The notes under the pieces: model-generated | Seen by the model: the letters and a program-made list of their open reading frames with translations, nothing else | Database searches by the model: none | What the model was told of the DNA's origin: nothing | Made by a program: the position numbers and the translations under genes | Shown: positions 60,706 through 64,000 of the stretch, one piece after another | How positions within the stretch are numbered: the stretch's first letter is position 1 | Layout: the number at the start of each line of letters is the position of its first letter | Assembly (NCBI GenBank): GCA_038496445.1 | Contig: JALMLS010000550.1 | Span: forward strand, 1 to 64,000 | Source: Trichosphaerium sp. ATCC 40318 | Taxonomy: Eukaryota > Protista > Tubulinea | DNA: 64,000 nt | Direction: 5' to 3'

Positions 60706-63493
60706 ATGGTACGCCTTTTTAATGTTTTGGTAGTTTGTAAGCGTTTATAAAACGCTACGAACACGTGTTGATCAAATTAAATTAAATTTCAAAAAAACCA
60801 GTTACATTGTATTTGTGAATCAATCACTCCGCCACGGTGTAATTATTGCGGGCTTTTTGTTATTCCGTTTACCGCGTTTTTATGGGTTCTTAAAATGCTT
60901 TCTTTATCGGCTTTGTTGATGCTTATATGGGTTATTTAGAACTTCTTCGTATTCTTTGGTTTATGCTATTTTTCTGTGTATTCAAGTTATACTATACACG
61001 TGGACTCTAGTTCGGGGTATACCTCTCGGACATTGCTAGGCGGTACATAATTTTTGGCTGATGTCCGCATCCCAAAAAGCTATACTAATCTCCGGTACTA
61101 GTTCACAGCGTAATCTCTACAGCTTGGGAGCTCTCTGGCTTTTTTTATATGGCGTGTGGCGTATTTCTAGGAGTTTTGTACGTAATCTGTTCGAAATTGT
61201 GAACGAACCGGTTTTTTTTTTCCTTCAGTTTTCTGTAGATCTTTTTATGTGTATCTTTTTTCTTACCTTTCCTCGTTTTATAGATTCTCTTGGTTAACCT
61301 CTGGACCATCTAAAATTATGATAAATAAAGCGAGGATACTAAGTGAACAAAAAACAAGTACCAATGATATTCATGCTAACGTACAGTACTTTCAATTTCC
61401 GATCTTCTCCATTTTTCTTTTCTTTTTTTTTGTTTTTTTTTGGTTTAATTCTTGAGTTAAGATTTTCTCCGAAAGTGAATTGAGTGATGAAGGATTGGCG
61501 TATCTGAACATACATTTTCCCCAAGGCACGTGACTAACACGTTTTTTATGATCAACATCATTTTGAATGCAATAAGTCCCAAAATAGTCTCTAAACCTTT
61601 TAATTGTAGGTTATTCTATCTATACATACGTGAACCTAATAGCCATGATGTTTGAGTACGTTTCTCAACCATTTTTTTTTCAAAATGTCTTGATGAATTC
61701 GTTTTGCTTTTTTTGCACGATTTCTCGTCCTTTTGTGAAAATGCGATGTATAACTATACAAGCCAGTAGTCAACTCCTTGCTATTTTATGATATAAAGAG
61801 GGTGTAGTTCATTGTGAGAGAAAATCAGAGCAAGAAAAGGGATTTGAAGTGTGCTTTTTTTTTGTTTCGTTTTGAAATCTTGTGTGATTCCTTTTTTCTT
61901 TTTTTTGCTTATGAGATTACGTTTAGGTTCGTTTTTCATGTTCTCTACATCGGGGAGTTCTTCGTTAAAGGGATGGGTTTCGTTACTGGCAAAAATCCAA
62001 CGAGAAAATTAGCAGCAAAGTTCCTTATGAAAAAACTTCAGAATCCGCCTGATGAGGGCTCTTATACGCTTTTACAGCACCTTTATTGTTTTATTTACTT
62101 AGTCAATACTGCATACACGACGGACAAAATAACGTAAGCCCTTTACACACGATAATTTCGTGTATCCAAACCAACTCTTTTTTTTTTCTTTTAGGTCATC
62201 GGGCATTTTCTCTTTTTTGGCGCTTTACTTTCACTCTCCTGTTAAATCTTCGTTCGTATCAAATGCGTTGATATCGCGTGCATGGTCATATACACCTAAG
62301 AGCGCTAAAGCGTCTTCAAATCTGCTTCGCGTGTCATCACTTTCTTTATTTGCTCAAGGCCAATGGAAGAGCGCCATGACCATTGCTCGTGTCATAGAGG
62401 CCAATCAAGATACCTCTGCGGGCCAAATTATTCGTGCTAGCGCTTATTGTGCACAAGGACGCACAAAACATGTCGTAGATGTGCTGAAACAACCAAGGGG
62501 AGATGTAAACGAACAGTGAGTGTTAACGTTATTTTTTGGTTCTTTTTTTGTGTACTTTTTTTAGCCTATATTAACTTCGTTCTTAGGACTATTGTACATC
62601 GTCATTTATTAATAGCTTATGCTCATATTCATAAAGGAGATACAGCGAAGGCATTAGAAGTACTAAAAGTAAGTAACGGTTTTTAGTTGTGGTTGCAGTA
62701 GTAGCGATCTTTTTTGTCTTTTTTTTTTTTGAAGATGTTAGAATTGATATTTATTAACTGCTATGTTCTAGGACATGGCTCCTCGACTTACATCGAAAGA
62801 AAGCGAACCACAATTTACAGATATTATTTATCACTCGCTTAGAGCTCTATTAACGCCTACAGAGGACCAAGGTACGTTCAAAAAAACGAATAAAATTGAA
62901 GGTGAAGTCTAACTCATTTTTTTTTTTTTTCAGTTGCGAAACACAAATGTATTACTGCGGCTGTTGAAATAATTAACAACAAAAAAATGAAAATAAAAGA
63001 TGTCGACGGATTGCTACTTGGCATGCTTCATATATTGGTTAGTGTTGCTGGCGATTTTCATACATGCTTAGAGACACAAATAAAATCTATGAAGAGTTGT
63101 CCTGAGGCCGAGGGTATTCATGACGTCCAAGAAGAAATCAAGCAAGAATTGATGGATATTTTTGATTTTATGAAAAATTTTAACGTGCCTTGGCTCTCTG
63201 GTCACGTGCAATATGCTTCGGGATGGGTTCATAAAGTAAACGGAAACGAATCAAAAGCACTTGCGGATTGGGAACGTAGTTATAAAGAGAGTGAGCGATT
63301 TGGATTGAAGTTACTTCAAATCGATATTTTATCAACAATCTCAAAACAACTTTTGAATTTTGATGTTTCTGTTACAAATGGACGTCATGGTATGTTCTAT
63401 GGTATAAGATATACAGATATATATAATAACATAGATAAATTAAAGATGTCATGTGATATCTCATCGTCAGTAGGAGCGATTCTTGTAGTATAG
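60706..63493 (+). CDS. Multi-exon protein with N-terminal TM segments and C-terminal TPR-like helical repeats; start uncertain
   Basis: Hydrophobic 5' exons. Helical exons AQGQWKSAM...ASAYCAQGRT, AYAHIHKGDTAKALEVL and YASGWVHKVNGNESKALADWERS. Confidence 0.5.
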
Positions 63494-63791
63494 CCAATTT
63501 TTTCCACAAAAAAAAAAACAAAAAAAAAAAACTTCATCACGTGATGAAGCATGTATTAATAATAACCAATAAATAATCTTGAAACAAAAACGACTATTTC
63601 CTTAAGACAGAACAGATACTCACAGGTCGAAACACAAACTTCGTTCCTTCGAGGTACACAAAACAGGCAATTTTCAATCTACTAAACAACTATTAGAGCA
63701 AAGTTAACTCAAGCCTGGAAAATCCTCTAAGTATGTTGTATTTATTTTCTATTCTAGTGTTGTAAACAAAGTCACTATCACGAGTTCGGAA

Positions 63792-64000
63792 CTAAAGATT
63801 GCCATTTCTCTTTGCTTTTGTAACCTTGATACGTTCCATCAAGTTGAATCCAAGTTCCTTCAACACTTCTTGATCGATTTCATTGACTTGAATGTCAAGT
63901 TCATTCATCAATGATCCAAGTTCTTGTGCTCGCTCACTTGAGATACCCAACCTTGTCAATACTGACACCCAATCAGTTTCATTGTTTTGAACAGGTGTTG
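63792..64000 (-). CDS. 3' end of a gene entering from the right edge; SAM-like C-terminal domain
   Basis: DWVSVLTRLGISSERAQELGSLMNELDIQVNEIDQEVLKELGFNLMERIKVTKAKRNGNL*. Confidence 0.7.
   Translation of the reverse strand, partial: TPVQNNETDWVSVLTRLGISSERAQELGSLMNELDIQVNEIDQEVLKELGFNLMERIKVTKAKRNGNL

Noticed and set aside
1-64000. tRNA/rRNA genes
   Set aside because: None recognised by eye. tRNAscan-SE or Infernal would be needed to exclude them.

Overview
AT-rich eukaryotic genomic DNA from a protist, amoebozoan-like by gene content. Genes have many short spliceosomal introns (donors often GTACGT/GTAAGT, some GC), so the ORF track shows only exon fragments; I rebuilt the gene models by hand. 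The region 1-52 kb is duplication-rich. It holds an array of membrane-anchored C-type-lectin-like genes with hypervariable loops, an inverted duplicate of a SAP+F-box gene, and a direct duplicate of an RCC1-repeat + SAM-like gene. It also has F-box-like/MORN-variant repeat genes, a MULE transposon with an 8-bp TSD, several MITE families, an LPMO with a CBM2-like module, a Zn metalloprotease, a mucin-stalk protein and a VTT/DedA membrane protein. The most striking feature is at 52.3-59.2 kb: a compact five-gene cluster resembling bacterial DUF2589 gene clusters but fully eukaryotic in structure. It contains three clear DUF2589 paralogues with signal peptides and shared intron positions, one highly divergent paralogue with a repeat stalk, and one secreted gene with 'DPLL..F.VPR ... 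Y.W....DG....L.P' motifs that I recall from bacterial DUF2589 neighbourhoods. A bHLH gene follows immediately. Family assignments come from motif recognition only; no database search was run.
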